A stretch of 64,000 nt of DNA from a candidate division FCPU426 bacterium (GTDB taxonomy: Bacteria > Oederibacteriota > Muellerivitia > Muellerivitales > Muellerivitaceae), in contig CAWCKJ010000012.1 of NCBI GenBank assembly GCA_963796105.1, positions 192,001 to 256,000 of the forward strand, read 5' to 3'. Under the pieces are notes generated by a model. It was not told the DNA's origin. It made no database searches and saw only the letters and a program-made list of their open reading frames with translations. The translations under genes and the position numbers were made by a program. Shown here in pieces: positions 20,008 to 30,066 of this stretch (within the stretch, counting starts at the first letter, position 1; every line of letters starts with the position of its first letter).

Positions 20008-21603
20008 TCAAAAGCCCAGGCGGATAGCCGGCAAATGGCGAAAATATTTGGACCACCTGAAAGCCAACCAGCCCGCCGCCAGCAATATCATGACGGTCGC
20101 GGCGCTCAAGAGGACTCTATTCAAGACTTCCGTAGCATCCCCGCCCGTTAGGAAAAAGAAAATCGGATGACGGGCAGGGGACCATAAATTATCGCCCGCT
20201 TCCCATTTCCAGCTTAAATAGACGCCCATAAAATGGATCAGTATTGAAATAGACGCCGCCAAGCACCAGCAAAATCCCCATTTCCGCCGGTTTAGGATAA
20301 AGACCACCGGCACGCATGCGAAAACAAGGACGGGATCAAGGTCCGCCAGCAATCGGGGCCCGAAACAGGTTCCACCCCCATACGAATGCCATTTTGCGGT
20401 GATTAAGATAAGCGCCAGGGTTGAAAACGAAAGAAGGCGTAAAAGTTCCTGGTTTTTTTCCCTCCATGCGGTGAAAAACCCATAGAAGCTGAAAAACATA
20501 AAGGGGCTATAGGTAAAAAGACCCCGGCTGGGGCTAAAAAGGATTCCAAACAAACCTTCCCTAATCGGGGTGGAAAAATCCGATTCCTCCATCCGGTATC
20601 CTGTTGACCAGGGAACGCCGGTATGGGCAATGTTGTCGAGGGCAAGCGCCAGGAAAGGCAGGGTTAGTCCTGATAGAAACCAAATAAATTTCTGGCGGTG
20701 CCGAAAAGCCATGAATAACAGGACGCCGATAGGGAAAACCACGTTTGTATATCGGCACCAGGAAGCCATGGCAAAGGCAAAACCACTTAAAGCAATTGAA
20801 ACTCCACTGTGTTGGGTGTCCTTGGGGTCCTTCCTTTTTTTCTGTAAATCTTTGATCAATAGCCAGAGCCCTAGGCATAAGAACAATTGGGCGGGTCCAT
20901 GCTGCCATATGGCCTGGCTGGACACACTGAAAGCCGACGTGCCCAGGGCGTAGGCCGCCGTCAAAAAAACGGCTTCCTTCCTGGAAAGAAAAAAAAGGAG
21001 CGCTTTCATGAGGAAAAGGGCCGACAAGGCCACCATGAAGGATGCCCCTATTTTCTGGCTTTGGTGGAGGAATAAATCCGAGGGATTCACCCGCGCCAGG
21101 CCCGGCAGTAAGTCGAATGGCACTAGGCAAAGTCCCGGCGCGCTGGAATACTTGGATAACACATGGCCGTGATATCGGTAAACCTCGCTGACATCGCCTT
21201 CCAGGGAACCGGTGAAATATTCATCCAGGTATAAGTGTCCATGCTCCAATAGCGCGAATGGCTGGAGGCTGGCGGCTACCACATCGCCAGTGCCCCTCCA
21301 ACGGAAATTACCTAAATAAATGACCCAAAGAATCATCAGGATCCTGGCTTCCGAGTCGAGCCAACGGGGTTTTTCCCCGCTTAAACGGCGCCGGACCCAA
21401 TGGATCAACAGGGTCGTAAGTAGGATGAAAAAAAGTGAAGTGCAGGGAAACAGGGACTTGATGTGAGTGCCAGGGAGGGTATATCCGCCCGTGAGCATAA
21501 GGGCGAAAAAATCAAGGAACGATAATAACCGCAATAGCCGAAGTAAATTTAGTGCTTTTTTCAAATCTCTGTCTCCGATAATGTCAACTCGGGATTGGAT
21601 CAC
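20008..21603 (-). CDS. Polytopic membrane protein, probable GT-C glycosyltransferase
   Basis: Many TM segments; SQAIWQHG, LFSPSRGLFTYSP and WHSYGGGTCFGPRLL resemble PMT/ArnT-like families. Confidence 0.65.
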   Translation of the reverse strand: MIQSRVDIIGDRDLKKALNLLRLLRLLSFLDFFALMLTGGYTLPGTHIKSLFPCTSLFFILLTTLLIHWVRRRLSGEKPRWLDSEARILMILWVIYLGNFRWRGTGDVVAASLQPFALLEHGHLYLDEYFTGSLEGDVSEVYRYHGHVLSKYSSAPGLCLVPFDLLPGLARVNPSDLFLHQSQKIGASFMVALSALFLMKALLFFLSRKEAVFLTAAYALGTSAFSVSSQAIWQHGPAQLFLCLGLWLLIKDLQKKRKDPKDTQHSGVSIALSGFAFAMASWCRYTNVVFPIGVLLFMAFRHRQKFIWFLSGLTLPFLALALDNIAHTGVPWSTGYRMEESDFSTPIREGLFGILFSPSRGLFTYSPFMFFSFYGFFTAWREKNQELLRLLSFSTLALILITAKWHSYGGGTCFGPRLLADLDPVLVFACVPVVFILNRRKWGFCWCLAASISILIHFMGVYLSWKWEAGDNLWSPARHPIFFFLTGGDATEVLNRVLLSAATVMILLAAGWLAFRWSKYFRHLPAIRLGF

Positions 21604-21655
21604 GCGTCCATGTCCTGCCGATATCCGTCATTTCCCCTTGGAATTCCAAGGCCCC

Positions 21656-23116
21656 CTACGATGTCTTTCTCCTCATTAAAACAGTCCACCCATCCCCCTC
21701 AAAGACTTTCAAATAACCTTTTTCCAGTTTTTGCCCGATGTTTTTTTCAATCGGCTCAAAACCCTCCAGGGGCCAGGAAGGCAGGGCCTTGCATGCCACG
21801 AAATAATCGCAGTCCATTCCCAGGGTATTTACGTCAATCATGTAGATGTTCGGCCTGTGTGAAAGGTGGGGGACGATGGTGTCCTGGGCCAAGACCAATG
21901 CGTTTGGCGGGATCATGGACAATATTTGGTGTCCGGTTTTTATCACCGGTGTTTGCCTGTAGCATTTGACTCGAAACAAGTCCCTCAAGGGAAAGATGAA
22001 TATGGTCGGTAAATTCAGGGACAAAACCACCCAAGAAACCGTTAAAACAACCTTCCTGTATGAAGGTCTCTCCCGGTATTTCTTGGCCAGACGGTAGAGC
22101 CCGTCCACCCCGCCCATCATTAAAATAGGGGCGATGGTCGCGGAATAATGGTAGCCCATGGACCAAAGATGCTCGGAATTGGACAGCATCCTCTCGGCGA
22201 AAATCGGGAGCGCCAAGATCAACAATGGCGACATGAAGATCATGAATAGGCAGGCCGCGAAAGACCAGAGCATGGTCAAAAACTTTTCCGAGTTGGAAAC
22301 CCATACCTGGAAAACAAGAAAGGGATGGTGGACTATCGTCCCCAAGGCCTCCCAGGGTGTTTTCCCGAAATCGGTGTAAATCCAATGGGTGTAACCCCGC
22401 GGTTGAGCGAGGGATGGGATTAAATATGAAATTTCAAAAAAGAAAGCGGCCAGCCCAATTCCCGCGCAAGATATTCCCTTTTTCCACTGGCGCGAAATCA
22501 TGAGAGTGACGCCGAAAGCCGCGACCAAAAGGCCCATGTCCTCCTTTACCGTCAGAAGTAGGGCCAGGCATATAAAAACCTTCCGCCATTCCCGTTCATC
22601 CATATATTCAATGGCAAAGGCGATGAGGGGAACAGCCAGGAGGACATCGTGGAAATCATAACCCAAGGCGTTTTGTATGCCCCAAAACACCGCGTAAGCC
22701 ACCGACCAGAGGTAGGCTGGGGACCGGCCCAGCCTTCTTTGGGTGAAAAGGAAAACGGCGATGACGCTCAAAGCCACCGCGATGGATTGGGCGAAAAACA
22801 ACAGTTCCGGGGCGGGAAAAATCCAATAGAACGGCGCCAGAAGCGCGAGGATAGGGTTGAAATGGTCTCCCAGCGCGTTGGAGAAACCCATCAGGGTGCT
22901 GGCAGGAACCTTTAACTTGCTGTACTCCCAAATGACCTGGTCATGGATTCCAAGATCCCAACCGCCCGTGGCAAAACGCCAGTGCCGGAGGCAGGATAAA
23001 AAGGCGTAAACCAAAGCCGCAAGGATAGAGAGTAAAAAGAGGGGCTTTTCACTACGAAGGGTCGAAAGAATACCGCTCTTTCCCTCTCCCAAGGAACTGG
23101 TACCCATCTCCATCAA
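21656..23116 (-). CDS. DUF2079-family membrane protein (GT-C-like)
   Basis: WDLGIHDQ, LGDHFNPIL, DFHD, KED and YHYSA motifs. Confidence 0.8.
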   Translation of the reverse strand: MMEMGTSSLGEGKSGILSTLRSEKPLFLLSILAALVYAFLSCLRHWRFATGGWDLGIHDQVIWEYSKLKVPASTLMGFSNALGDHFNPILALLAPFYWIFPAPELLFFAQSIAVALSVIAVFLFTQRRLGRSPAYLWSVAYAVFWGIQNALGYDFHDVLLAVPLIAFAIEYMDEREWRKVFICLALLLTVKEDMGLLVAAFGVTLMISRQWKKGISCAGIGLAAFFFEISYLIPSLAQPRGYTHWIYTDFGKTPWEALGTIVHHPFLVFQVWVSNSEKFLTMLWSFAACLFMIFMSPLLILALPIFAERMLSNSEHLWSMGYHYSATIAPILMMGGVDGLYRLAKKYRERPSYRKVVLTVSWVVLSLNLPTIFIFPLRDLFRVKCYRQTPVIKTGHQILSMIPPNALVLAQDTIVPHLSHRPNIYMIDVNTLGMDCDYFVACKALPSWPLEGFEPIEKNIGQKLEKGYLKVFEGDGWTVLMRRKTS

Positions 23117-23260
23117 TTCATCCTTTAATTTTCATAAATTCGCCGACTGATAAGCGGCAGTTATTTTACTATAACCATTTTCACAATGATTCACTAACAG
23201 GATCGGGAATGAAATAAGGTTTCCCTGGGAAGTGCCGTGGTTTTTGGTTCCGATTCGGTT

Positions 23261-24655
23261 TCAGCGGGTGACGAGAATACCGATGGCTTCGGTGAGGGTC
23301 TTGACCCCCAGTATTTCCAGGGAGGTCTTGGGCAGGAGGGAAACGGCCTTGAGGTTTCCATGGGGCACGATGGCCTGCTCAAATCCCAAACGGGCGGCCT
23401 CAGCCAGACGGGGGCCGATCTGCGAGACGGCCCTCACCTCGCCCGACAGGCCTAACTCCCCCAAAACGATGACCTTCGGGTCCACCGCCACCTCCCGGAA
23501 GGAGGAGGCCACCGTCACAGCCACGCTCAAGTCAATGGAGGGTTCCGCGACCTTGATTCCCCCCGCGATGTTCAGGAAAACATCCTGCGTGGACAGGGCC
23601 ATGCCGACCCTCTTCTCCAGGATGGCGAGGATCAGGGCCAGGCGGTTGGGATCGATTCCCGAGCAGCGCCTCTGGGGCATTCCGAAGTTCGTGGGGCTTA
23701 CGAGCGCCTGGACCTCCAATAGGAGGGGCCTGCTTCCCTCCAGGCTGGCCGTGATGACCGACCCGGAGTTGTGCGCGTAATGGTCGTCCAAAAAGGCCTT
23801 GGAGGCGTCCGCCACTTCCCGGAGGCCGTCTTCCCTCATCTCGAAAATTCCGATTTCCTGGGTGCTCCCGAAGCGGTTCTTGACCGCCCTCAAAAGGCGG
23901 TATTGGCGCTGCAAGTCTCCCTCGAAGTAAAGGACCGCGTCCACCATGTGTTCCAGGGTCATGGGCCCGGCGATGCTTCCTTCCTTGGTCACATGGCCGA
24001 TGAGGAACAGGGGAAGCTTTTCCCGCTTGGCCAGGTAGGTCAACCGCGCCGCCGATTCCCGGACCTGCGTCACGCTTCCCGGGGCGGAGGCGATATCCGC
24101 CAGGAAAAGCGTCTGGATGGAATCCACCACTGTGAGGACCGGCTTGGTCTTCTCGATCAGATCGAGAATGGCCGAGACGTCCGTTTCGGGAAAGATATAA
24201 AGATTATTGGTGCGGATGCCCAGGCGCTCGGCCCTCAACTTGATCTGCTGGGCCGATTCCTCCCCTGTCACATAAAGGCACTTGCCCTGGCCTTCCTTTT
24301 GAAGTTTGGACAGCTTGTCGGCCACTTGCAAAAGCAGGGTGGATTTCCCGATGCCGGGGTCCCCCCCGATCATGACGGTCTCCCCCGGCACGATTCCGCC
24401 CCCCAGGACCCGGTCAAACTCATTCATGTTGGTCTTGAGGCGGTATTCCTCGTCCACCTCGATTTCATCCAGGGCCACGGGTGCGGTTGTCTCGGAGGGT
24501 TTGGAGAGGCTTCTTCCCCTTTCCTCGGATTTGCCCTTTTCAGCCTTTTCCTCTACGAAACTGTTCCACTCGCCGCAGGTGTTGCACTTTCCCTGCCACC
24601 TAATGCTTTTAGTTCCGCAATTTTGGCAGGTGTACTGGGTTTTAATCTTGGCCAT
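23261..24655 (-). CDS. radA: DNA repair protein RadA/Sms
   Basis: N-terminal C4 Zn finger, GGDPGIGKSTLL, KNRFG, GELGLSGE. Confidence 0.99.
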   Translation of the reverse strand: MAKIKTQYTCQNCGTKSIRWQGKCNTCGEWNSFVEEKAEKGKSEERGRSLSKPSETTAPVALDEIEVDEEYRLKTNMNEFDRVLGGGIVPGETVMIGGDPGIGKSTLLLQVADKLSKLQKEGQGKCLYVTGEESAQQIKLRAERLGIRTNNLYIFPETDVSAILDLIEKTKPVLTVVDSIQTLFLADIASAPGSVTQVRESAARLTYLAKREKLPLFLIGHVTKEGSIAGPMTLEHMVDAVLYFEGDLQRQYRLLRAVKNRFGSTQEIGIFEMREDGLREVADASKAFLDDHYAHNSGSVITASLEGSRPLLLEVQALVSPTNFGMPQRRCSGIDPNRLALILAILEKRVGMALSTQDVFLNIAGGIKVAEPSIDLSVAVTVASSFREVAVDPKVIVLGELGLSGEVRAVSQIGPRLAEAARLGFEQAIVPHGNLKAVSLLPKTSLEILGVKTLTEAIGILVTR

Positions 24656-24683
24656 GTCGCTTCCTTTAGGGAGAATAAATGGA

Positions 24684-24712
24684 ATTATACACTTGTATAC
24701 TACCGAGTGCAA
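24684..24712 (-). promoter_or_regulatory. Sigma70-type promoter of radA
   Basis: TTGCAC-17 nt-TATAAT, overlapped by inverted repeat TATACA-CT-TGTATA. Confidence 0.65.
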
Positions 24713-24713
24713 T

Positions 24714-24737
24714 AAAAAAGGCCCCGCAGGGGCCTTT
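24714..24737 (-). terminator. Intrinsic terminator after the DUF4412 gene
   Basis: AAAGGCCCC/GGGGCCTTT stem with a T run on the minus strand. Confidence 0.75.
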
Positions 24738-24761
24738 CCAGGGAACGGGTTTTAAAGCTGG

Positions 24762-25433
24762 TTACTTCCCCGCGTCCCTCGATTGCATGATCTGCTGGAG
24801 CATGGAGCCCATGTCGGTCAAATCCATCTTGTGGTAATCGGCCGGGACCTCGAACAAGTCCGGTGCCAGGGCCTTGGCGGTTAATTTCACCGCTTCCAGG
24901 GAGCTCACGGTTTTTCCCGATTCGTCCAGGCGCAGGACTTTCAGGGGAAAGAGGCCCTTCTGCTTGAGGGCACTGACCCAGGCGCTGCGGTTCCCGCCCA
25001 CCTTACCCACTTCCAAAAAATTCCCCATGCCCGGCACAGCCCATATATGGACCTGGTTTTTTCCATCCTGATATAACCATTCCTCGGTCTTCTGCCCCAG
25101 GAGCAAATCGGTCTTGCCGGTCTTGGAAAAATTCCCCGCCGGGTTTTTAGCGTCGCTGTCCTCGATGGACAGGGTCAAGAAGGATTTCTTGGCGGGGAAA
25201 AGCAGGAAAAGCTGGCTGGTGGCGATATCTGAAATGGCCGAGGTCTCACTCCCCCCCGCGTCGGTGTTAACCCGGATATGGGAGCCCTTCATGAAATATT
25301 GGATATTCCCCGTCACCTTCTCCGCCGTGAGTTTGTAATCCACCTCCCCCTCGAAAGAACCAGCCGCGATCAGGCGGAGAGGGAATAAACTTAAGACATA
25401 AAGAAGTGAAAATAAACCAATCTTCTTTTTCAT
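24762..25433 (-). CDS. Exported DUF4412-like protein
   Basis: Signal peptide, FEGEVDY, KTGKTDLLLG, FPLK, DLFEVPADY. Confidence 0.7.
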   Translation of the reverse strand: MKKKIGLFSLLYVLSLFPLRLIAAGSFEGEVDYKLTAEKVTGNIQYFMKGSHIRVNTDAGGSETSAISDIATSQLFLLFPAKKSFLTLSIEDSDAKNPAGNFSKTGKTDLLLGQKTEEWLYQDGKNQVHIWAVPGMGNFLEVGKVGGNRSAWVSALKQKGLFPLKVLRLDESGKTVSSLEAVKLTAKALAPDLFEVPADYHKMDLTDMGSMLQQIMQSRDAGK

Positions 25434-25765
25434 TATTTCCCTTTTCCCTTATCGCCGGCTTCAGGAGTCTTGGCCATCATCCCGCCTTTTTCCATCGGGC
25501 ATTCCATGGCTCCCGGCCCTCCCATCATGTGGCCGTGGTCCATATCGCGGCAGTCCTTCATCCAACAGCAATTGGAGGAACTGGAACAGCACATCATGCG
25601 GGAACCGGCCAGGCAAAGGGGCCCGCAGAGTGAAACGATGAGAATGATCCACCCGACGACCTTCCCCAGCTTTTTATTGAAGCCCGTTTCCTTTTCGGCA
25701 ACTGTCAAAACCCAGTATCCGATCGCCAAGCCGATCAAGTAAGCCACGATCCTGTGAGTCATCAT
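25433..25765 (-). CDS. Small two-TM membrane protein with a Cys/Met/His-rich tail
   Basis: LAIGYWVL...GKVVGWIIL; GGAGG RBS; translationally coupled to the next gene. Confidence 0.7.
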   Translation of the reverse strand: MMTHRIVAYLIGLAIGYWVLTVAEKETGFNKKLGKVVGWIILIVSLCGPLCLAGSRMMCCSSSSNCCWMKDCRDMDHGHMMGGPGAMECPMEKGGMMAKTPEAGDKGKGK

Positions 25766-25885
25766 TTCAAGCCTCCTGTATGAGATTGAATAAATGTGGG
25801 TTATATCTTATACGCGAGTGATTTGGAAAAACTAGATTCTTTTAGGGGAGTCCAGGCCCTCAACCGTTGGGAAATGGGGGTTTCC

Positions 25886-26761
25886 CTATTTTTTCCAGAG
25901 CAGGCGCCAAGGATGGGCCTTTAATTCTTCCACCAGGCTCTTGATGTCATCGGCGGTTTTCTGGTCCTGGAGCAGGACCCCCAGGGTCCCCTTGCCGTCC
26001 TGCAGGTTCTTGGCCATTTGGTTCATGATTTTCAAGGTGGATTCCAGGTTCTTCACAGCCTCGTTCACGTCCTTCTTGTCCAGGGAGGCGGTCAGGGAAT
26101 CCAGGCTTTTGGCGATGTTTTGGAAGCTGTCCACGATTTTCCCGCTTTTCCCGCTGGATTTGGAAAGGTCATCCAAAATTCTCTCGACCTTTTCCCTGCT
26201 GGAGACCACCAGGGCCAAAAGGCTGTCGGTGGTCTTGTTCATGTTCTCGAGGGAATGGAGGAAGTTTTCCTTGGACTTTGGATCGGCTAGCATTTTCTCG
26301 AAGGTCTCCAGGACGTCCCCCAGCTCGCTGAAGGTAAGGTCCAGGTTGTTGGCGTCCACCCCGTCAAGGGTATCCCCGTTATTAACTTCCTCGCCTGTAC
26401 CAAGATCCGCCCCGATTTGGACGTAGCGGGAGCCCAGGAGACCCGCGCTGTAGATGCAAACCTTGGAATCCTTGCGGAGCCGCAATTTTTTCTCCGTGAT
26501 CAGGAGGTCCACCACGGCCTTGTTGTCCTCGAAGCGGATGTCCTCCACAGCCCCAACCTTGATTCCCCCCGCGTATTCCACGGGAGCGTTGGATTTCAGG
26601 TCGCCCAGGAAATTGAACCTCACGTGAATAACGCGCCCCTCCGAGGCAAAGTGATAATTGTTCACGAAGAGGATGGCCACCATCAGGATGATCCCAGCGG
26701 CCACCACCATCAAGCCCACCTTGAACTCTTGGGACATCAGGGAGGATTCGGAATTGTTCAT
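25886..26761 (-). CDS. mlaD: MlaD/MCE family protein
   Basis: EFKVGL TM anchor, GIKVGAV, GLLGSRYV, helical C-terminus GTLGVLL. Confidence 0.9.
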   Translation of the reverse strand: MNNSESSLMSQEFKVGLMVVAAGIILMVAILFVNNYHFASEGRVIHVRFNFLGDLKSNAPVEYAGGIKVGAVEDIRFEDNKAVVDLLITEKKLRLRKDSKVCIYSAGLLGSRYVQIGADLGTGEEVNNGDTLDGVDANNLDLTFSELGDVLETFEKMLADPKSKENFLHSLENMNKTTDSLLALVVSSREKVERILDDLSKSSGKSGKIVDSFQNIAKSLDSLTASLDKKDVNEAVKNLESTLKIMNQMAKNLQDGKGTLGVLLQDQKTADDIKSLVEELKAHPWRLLWKK

Positions 26762-26795
26762 TTAAAAGCTTCCCCTTTTAAATAACATATTGTGT

Positions 26796-27563
26796 TTACC
26801 GTATCGGCATGGGCCCCTCGATACTGCCCGTCACGAACTGCCGGATGAAGGGGTCTCGGCTGTCCCGAATCTCATCCGGAGTACCGATGCCGATGATTTT
26901 GGCATCATATATCATCGCGATACGGTTGGCCACCTTGTAGGCGCTTTGCATGTCATGGGTCACCACCACCGACGTCACCCCCAGTTTTTCCTGCATTTGG
27001 AGGATCAGGTCGTTGATGGCCTCGGAAGTCACGGGGTCCAGCCCCGATGTGGGCTCGTCGTAAAGGATGATCTCGGGGTCCACCGCGATGGCCCTGGCCA
27101 GGCCGACCCTTTTCCTCATGCCCCCGGAAAGCTGGGCCGGCTTCAAGCCCATCAAGTCGTCCTTCAATCCCACGAGCTCCATCTTGGCTTTGGCGGCTTC
27201 CTCGGCCTTGGGGACAGGCATCCTGAAGTCGCGCAAAAGCCTGAAGGCGATGTTCTCGAAGACCGTGAGGGAATCGAACAAGGCCGCGTATTGGAAAACC
27301 ACGCCCATCTTCTTCCTTAATTCGTTGAGTTCCCTTTCGCCCATTAGCTCGATTTCCTGCCCCTCCACCCAGACCTGTCCCGAGTCCGGCGAAAGGAGGC
27401 CCGCGATCATCCTGAGGATGGTGCTTTTACCCACGCCGGAGCGTCCGATGATGACGAGTGTCTCCCCTCGGTTCACCTCCAGGTCGAAATCCCGCAGGAC
27501 CTCGAAAGCGCCGAAGCTTTTGTTGACCTTCTTGAGCTGGATGATGGGTTCTTTTGTGTTCAT
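26796..27563 (-). CDS. mlaF: ABC transporter ATP-binding protein (MlaF/Mkl)
   Basis: GRSGVGKS, FQYAALFDSL, LSGGMRKRVGLARA, YDEPTSGLDP. Confidence 0.93.
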   Translation of the reverse strand: MNTKEPIIQLKKVNKSFGAFEVLRDFDLEVNRGETLVIIGRSGVGKSTILRMIAGLLSPDSGQVWVEGQEIELMGERELNELRKKMGVVFQYAALFDSLTVFENIAFRLLRDFRMPVPKAEEAAKAKMELVGLKDDLMGLKPAQLSGGMRKRVGLARAIAVDPEIILYDEPTSGLDPVTSEAINDLILQMQEKLGVTSVVVTHDMQSAYKVANRIAMIYDAKIIGIGTPDEIRDSRDPFIRQFVTGSIEGPMPIR

Positions 27564-27571
27564 TTTTTAAC

Positions 27572-28363
27572 CTATAGGTTCAAGGCTGTCAAAATCGCGG
27601 TCAGGAAATAATCAGAGACCAGGATGGACATGAAGGAATAAACCACCGCGTTCGTGGTGGAGCGCCCCACTCCCTCGGCCCCATTCGTGGTGGAAAAACC
27701 CTGCCGGCAGGAGACGACGGCGATAATGCTTCCGAAGATGAGGGCTTTGATGAGCCCCCCCACGATATCCCCCGTCTCCATGGCGGACCTAGTGGAATCC
27801 ATGTAAACCGTCGAGGGGGTGAATTTCAGGGAACAGACGAAAAGGCCCCCCAGCCAGCCCGTCAAGTCAGCGAAAAGGGTCAGGAGGGGCATCATGAAGG
27901 TGAAGGCCAGGAACCTGGGCACCGCCAGGTACTTGATGGGGTTGGCCGCCAGGGTATGGAGGGCGTCGATCTGCTCCGTGACCTGCATGGTCCCGATCTC
28001 CGCCGCGACCGCCGAGCCCATGCGCCCCGAAAGGACCAGGGCCGTCAGGACCGGGCCCAGCTCGCGCACGAGGGAAAGGGATACCACTGAGCCCAGGAAC
28101 TGGGAAATGCCCTTCATTTTGATCTCAAGGGTGTAGCCCGACTGGAGGGCCACCACCATTCCCGTGAAAAAGGCGGTGGTGATAGCCACTGGAATAGATT
28201 CCACTCCGATTCGGACCATCTGCTGGAGCACCAGCCTGAAATCGTAGGGCTTGCGGAACATCCAGGCGTTGATCCGGATGGTAAGGAAGATCAGTTCACC
28301 CATTTCCCGGATGAAATAAACGGCGTAACCCCCGATTTTCCGGATGAGCAGTTTCAGGTCCAT
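27572..28363 (-). CDS. mlaE: ABC transporter permease (MlaE)
   Basis: RELGPVLTA, AEIGTMQVTEQIDAL, GAEGVGRSTT. Confidence 0.95.
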   Translation of the reverse strand: MDLKLLIRKIGGYAVYFIREMGELIFLTIRINAWMFRKPYDFRLVLQQMVRIGVESIPVAITTAFFTGMVVALQSGYTLEIKMKGISQFLGSVVSLSLVRELGPVLTALVLSGRMGSAVAAEIGTMQVTEQIDALHTLAANPIKYLAVPRFLAFTFMMPLLTLFADLTGWLGGLFVCSLKFTPSTVYMDSTRSAMETGDIVGGLIKALIFGSIIAVVSCRQGFSTTNGAEGVGRSTTNAVVYSFMSILVSDYFLTAILTALNL

Positions 28364-28390
28364 CTTTTTCCTTAAATTTAACTTTTATGG

Positions 28391-28541
28391 TGTCATCGCG
28401 AGGAGCAGCCCAAATCGGGGCGATTCGCGACGTGGCGAACCCAGTTCGCCTTTCGATTGAAGTGTCTTATGGTGATTATTTAAACTGGGTTTGCTTCGTC
28501 ATAAACGCCCGCCTAATCGGCGTGCATTTCTCGCGATGACA
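28391..28541. repeat. REP/RPE-like palindromic miniature element
   Basis: Perfect 12-bp terminal inverted repeat TGTCATCGCGAG/CTCGCGATGACA with inner arms GCGAACCCAGTT/AACTGGGTTTGC, resembling the GTCATTGCGAG...CTCGCAATGAC class. Confidence 0.8.
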
Positions 28542-28601
28542 ACCAAACAAAGTATTAGCTTAAAAAATTTATATTTTCAAAATCGAGAAAGAACACTATT
28601 T

Positions 28602-29741
28602 TTACTTCGTGTAGATACGGGGAACCCGCTGACCCACCGCGCAAAGGAGCTCGTAGGAAATGGTGCCGGCGAGGGAGGCCTGCTCCTCCACGGGAATGAC
28701 TGTCTTCCCGTCCCTTCCGAAAAAGGTCGCGGTGTCCCCGACTTTCACGCCTGGTACTTTCGATACATCCACCATGGTCATATCCATGCAAATCGTCCCG
28801 ATTTGGGGGACCCTGCGTCCCCTCAAGAGAAAATGTGTCCTGTTTGAGAGGACCCGGTGCACCCCGTCCGCGTAGCCGATCCCCAGGGTGGCCACCTTGA
28901 CGCGCTTCTTGGCGGTGTAGGTGCGGCCGTAGCTGACAGACTCCCCCTTTTCCATGTCGTAAATATGGATCACCCGGGTTTTCACCTGCATGACGGGCGT
29001 CAATTCCACACGGCTCTTGAACTTGGGGTTAGGGTAGATCCCGTAAAGGGCGATTCCCGGCCTTGCCCAGGTCCCGGCTGATTGGGGGAAATAAGTGATG
29101 AGCGAGGCGCTGTTGGCCAGGTGGGTGGCCGGCGAGAAATCCAATTTTTGCCTCAATCCCCCCAGGGCCTGGTTGAAAAGGGTGATCTGGCGCCAGGCGA
29201 ACTTCGGGTCCGTCCAATCGGCGGTGGCCAGGTGCGTGTAAACCGCCTCGACCGCCAGTCCCGGGACTTTCCGGATGGCTTGGATTTCCGCAAGCACCCT
29301 GTTGATCCGAAGGCCTACCCGTCCCATCCCGCTGTCAATCTTGACATGGACCGGCACGGTACCGGCTTTCATTTTCCTAGCGACCCGCGACAAATTCCTG
29401 GCGCCCTCAAGGGAGCTGACCTGGGGTGTCAAGGCGTTCTCAATCAAAAGGGGTAATTCAGCTGGGAGAGTGGGGGTCAAAACCAGGATGGGGCACTTGA
29501 TGCCGGCTTGGCGTAATTGGGCCCCTTCCTGGACCGTGGCGACCGCGAGGCGTTTGGCTCCCGCCGCCAATAGGGCCTTGGAGACTGGGACCGCGCCGTG
29601 GCCGTAGGCGTTTGCCTTCACCACCGGCAGGATATGGGATCCCTTGGCCAAATTTTGAAGGGCTTTGAAATTCCTCTTCAAGGCCCCGAGCGAGATTTCC
29701 GCCCAGCTGGAGGTGGTGGGTTGTGTTGGTAAATGTTTCAT
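28602..29741 (-). CDS. alr: Alanine racemase
   Basis: VVKANAYGHG (PLP Lys), HVKIDSGMGR, GYADG, GTICMDM, GTISYE. Start set at MKHLPT. Confidence 0.98.
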   Translation of the reverse strand: MKHLPTQPTTSSWAEISLGALKRNFKALQNLAKGSHILPVVKANAYGHGAVPVSKALLAAGAKRLAVATVQEGAQLRQAGIKCPILVLTPTLPAELPLLIENALTPQVSSLEGARNLSRVARKMKAGTVPVHVKIDSGMGRVGLRINRVLAEIQAIRKVPGLAVEAVYTHLATADWTDPKFAWRQITLFNQALGGLRQKLDFSPATHLANSASLITYFPQSAGTWARPGIALYGIYPNPKFKSRVELTPVMQVKTRVIHIYDMEKGESVSYGRTYTAKKRVKVATLGIGYADGVHRVLSNRTHFLLRGRRVPQIGTICMDMTMVDVSKVPGVKVGDTATFFGRDGKTVIPVEEQASLAGTISYELLCAVGQRVPRIYTK

Positions 29742-29953
29742 TCGGTTTTCCAAATAAACTTTTCTCATTTTGAGCATTAGTTTTCCAAAAATGATTATCC
29801 ACAAATTCGGGGTGATATTCCAAGTCAAACCTGTCCAAAATAGACTTTAGCCACGGATGTGCCAATTTTCCTAAATACTTATTGAGAGATTGGTACGATA
29901 CCGACCTCTTTTGAAGGTCGGCATGCATGGTATTCATGGGATACAACAAGACT

Positions 29954-30066
29954 AGATCGTGACAAAGGCTTTGCCTTTGCGCCCATTGGGCGTTATGGCC
30001 CTGCCTGCTGAGCGTGGAAAAATTAATTTTTCCATCGGCCCTCGGCTGAGCCATACAACACGATCT
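29954..30066. ncRNA. Candidate multi-stem structured RNA or DNA element of unknown family
   Basis: Closing stem AGATCGTG/CACGATCT encloses CAAAGGC/GCCTTTG, CGCCCA/TGGGCG, and a TATGGC/GCCATA stem capped by the palindrome TGGAAAAATTAATTTTTCCA. Confidence 0.4.

Noticed and set aside
29458..30054. 198-aa ORF upstream of and overlapping alr
   Set aside because: No recognisable motifs, out-of-frame overlap with alr, and it runs through a hairpin-rich region.
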